This document shows positions 61,936 to 64,000 of a stretch of DNA of 64,000 nt, piece after piece. Numbering within the stretch: the stretch's first letter is position 1; each line of letters begins with the position of its first letter. A program made the position numbers and the translations under genes. The stretch covers positions 9,410,744 through 9,474,743 of the forward strand of contig NC_052170.1 in the NCBI RefSeq assembly GCF_902713615.1. The letters run 5' to 3'. The DNA comes from Scyliorhinus canicula (Eukaryota). The notes under the pieces were generated by a model. The model was not told the DNA's origin. It saw only the letters and a list, made by a program, of their open reading frames with translations, and made no database searches.

Positions 61936-62794
61936 ATGTCTTCAAGCATCATCAACCAGGTGTTCGACTTGTGAACAATTACGGGAGTTATTTCCGTGCT
62001 ACTGGAGTATTTCTGCTCCTACAGTGTATTTGCAGAAACATGCCCGTTTGAGGAAAATGGCAGCGCAGTGGTAATGCCCCCTGATTAGTCATGCAGAAGC
62101 CCAAGCTAATGTTCTGGCGACACAGGTTCAAATCTTACCAAGGCAGCTGGTGGAATAACAATCAGGAATTGAAAGCTGGCCAGTCATGCCGATTGTTGCC
62201 GATTGTCATCCGACCCCATCTGGTTCACTCACGTCCCCGTCGGGAAGGAAATCTGCCGTCCTTACCTGGTCTGACCTCCACGCCACTCCAGGCCCACAGC
62301 AATCTGCTTGACTCTTAACTCCGCCTTTGAAATGGCCGAGCGAACCACTCAGATCAAGGGCATGGACAATAAATGCTTGAATTGCCAGCAACGCCCACAT
62401 CCCGTGAAATGATTTTCAATTCGATACACTTTTGGGCGAGTCTGGGGATTTCCTGAGCGGTGCAGTGAGGTAGGTCAACACTGGGCGAATTTTGCCTGTT
62501 TGGCTATTTGGTTCATTCCAACTCAGGTTGATAGGAAGTGGATTTTTTTTTCTCCCATGGTCCTCCTGGAACGGAATAGCACTGAAGGAGGCCATTCGGC
62601 CCACCATGCCTCTGCCATAGAATCTCTACAGTGCAGAAGGAGGCCATTTGTCCCATCGAGTCTGCACCCACTCTCCAAACGTTTTACTTCCAGGGGCTTT
62701 TCACAGTAACTTCATTGAAGCCTACGTGTGACAATACGCAATTATTATTATTATTATTCACCCGCCCACCCAGCCCTATCCCCGTAGTCTAAAC

Positions 62795-63758
62795 CAGGCA
62801 TTGTCAAACTCGGGGGTGCGACCCAAGGTCGGTCGGGGGCGGGTGTCGGAAGGGTAGCGGAACAGTCCGTTGCGGCGTTCCCGATCGCGCAAATCTGCGC
62901 GCAACACCCGGCTCTTAATAACGCCGACTGCAAGCGAACATGTTAAAAAAAATGCGGCCGCACTGCGCATGCGTGCCAGATCATCGGCGCGTACCCCCGA
63001 GTTTGACAATGCCTGGTTTAGACTACGGAGATAGGGCAGGGTGGGCGGGTGAATAATAATAATTTTTGTTTTACAAGATCGAGGAGGTTTTATTCATTTT
63101 ATTCATTTATTTTATTCATTTAATTTTTATTGTTTTCATTTATTTTATTCATTTTTTTTAACAAGTTCGGGGGGGGCGGTTTTATTTGATAAAATTTTAC
63201 CGGGAAAGAAAAATGGACAGATGGAGACTCCATACTTTCCGACACGGGAAGGCTTCACCTTCATCCAACAGGTTCCATTGGAGGAGCGTGTACGAGGGCC
63301 AAAGGGACCCAAAGCCATTTCCTCCATTTTTGTCAGCAGCAAACAAGGTAAGAGAAAATGGTGGGTCGCGCAGGTCGGCCGGCGTGGGTTGCGAAAGTCG
63401 GCCAGCGTGGGTCGCGAAGGTCGGCCGGCGTGGGTCGCGAAAGTCGGTCGGCGTGGGTCGCGAAGGTCGGCCGGCGTGGGTCGCAAAGGTTGGCTGTTTG
63501 GTAAAGATGGGTCTCCGGAAAAAAAGTTTGAAGAACTGTGGTAATACCACTATATATATATGTGTGTGCCTCTATTAGGGGATGTACAATAGTACCTGCT
63601 ATTACAGCTTTGTCGGTAAGCCCCTGCATAGTTTGTCGGTAAGCCCCTGCCGGCTAGCTCCGCCCACAGGGAGGAGGGAATAGCATCTCACGGTAATAAA
63701 GCCTCTTTTGTGCTGTTTGGTGTTTCTGTGTGCAATTGTTAGCGCATCAAGAACACCG
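62795..63758. mobile_element. Non-autonomous hAT-type element with subterminal repeats
   Basis: 8-bp TSD GTCTAAAC (62787-62794 and 63759-63766); imperfect TIRs sharing TCAAACT; about five 23-bp repeats GGGTCGCGAAGGTCGGCCGGCGT at 63363-63490. Confidence 0.75.
63537..63749 (+). mobile_element. Short solo LTR inserted into the right TIR of the hAT element
   Basis: TGTGGT...CATCA termini, 5-bp TSD AGAAC. Confidence 0.8.
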
Positions 63759-64000
63759 GTCTAAACTGTACATCTTTGGACACTAAGGGGCAATTTAGCG
63801 CGGCCAATCCACCTAACCCGCACATCTTTGGACTTGTGGGAGGGAACCGGAGCATCCGGAGGAAACACACGCTGACAATGGGAGACCGTGCAGACTTCGC
63901 AAAGACAGTCACCCGCGGCTGGAATCGGATCCGGGTTCCCTGGCGCTATGAGGCGGCAGTGCTAACCACTGTGCCACCATGCCGCCCGTCAGGCATTTTC

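Overview
Repeat-rich vertebrate genomic DNA, almost certainly from a cartilaginous fish (shark/catshark-like SINE, CR1, Deu-SINE and Penelope repeats). Three protein-coding genes can be reconstructed. (1) Exon 1 of KRI1 on the minus strand; the gene continues off the left edge. (2) A complete two-exon CDKN2D (p19INK4d) gene, 170 aa, minus strand, preserving the KRI1-CDKN2D order of human 19p13.2. (3) An unrecognised plus-strand gene of at least 10 phase-compatible coding exons (31866-61350, about 536-538 codons, no stop yet, continuing off the right edge) with an N-terminus resembling an RIIa/Dpy-30-type dimerisation/docking module. Most of the rest is transposon-derived: dozens of tRNA-derived SINEs with swapped tails, CR1/L1/RTE/Rex1 LINE fragments, six solo LTRs with 5-bp TSDs, two hAT-type non-autonomous elements, Penelope-like remnants with minimal hammerhead motifs, and a 2.65-kb 33-bp minisatellite grown out of a Deu-domain SINE. 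Most ORFs in the supplied track are repeat artefacts. All calls were made by eye; no database search was run.
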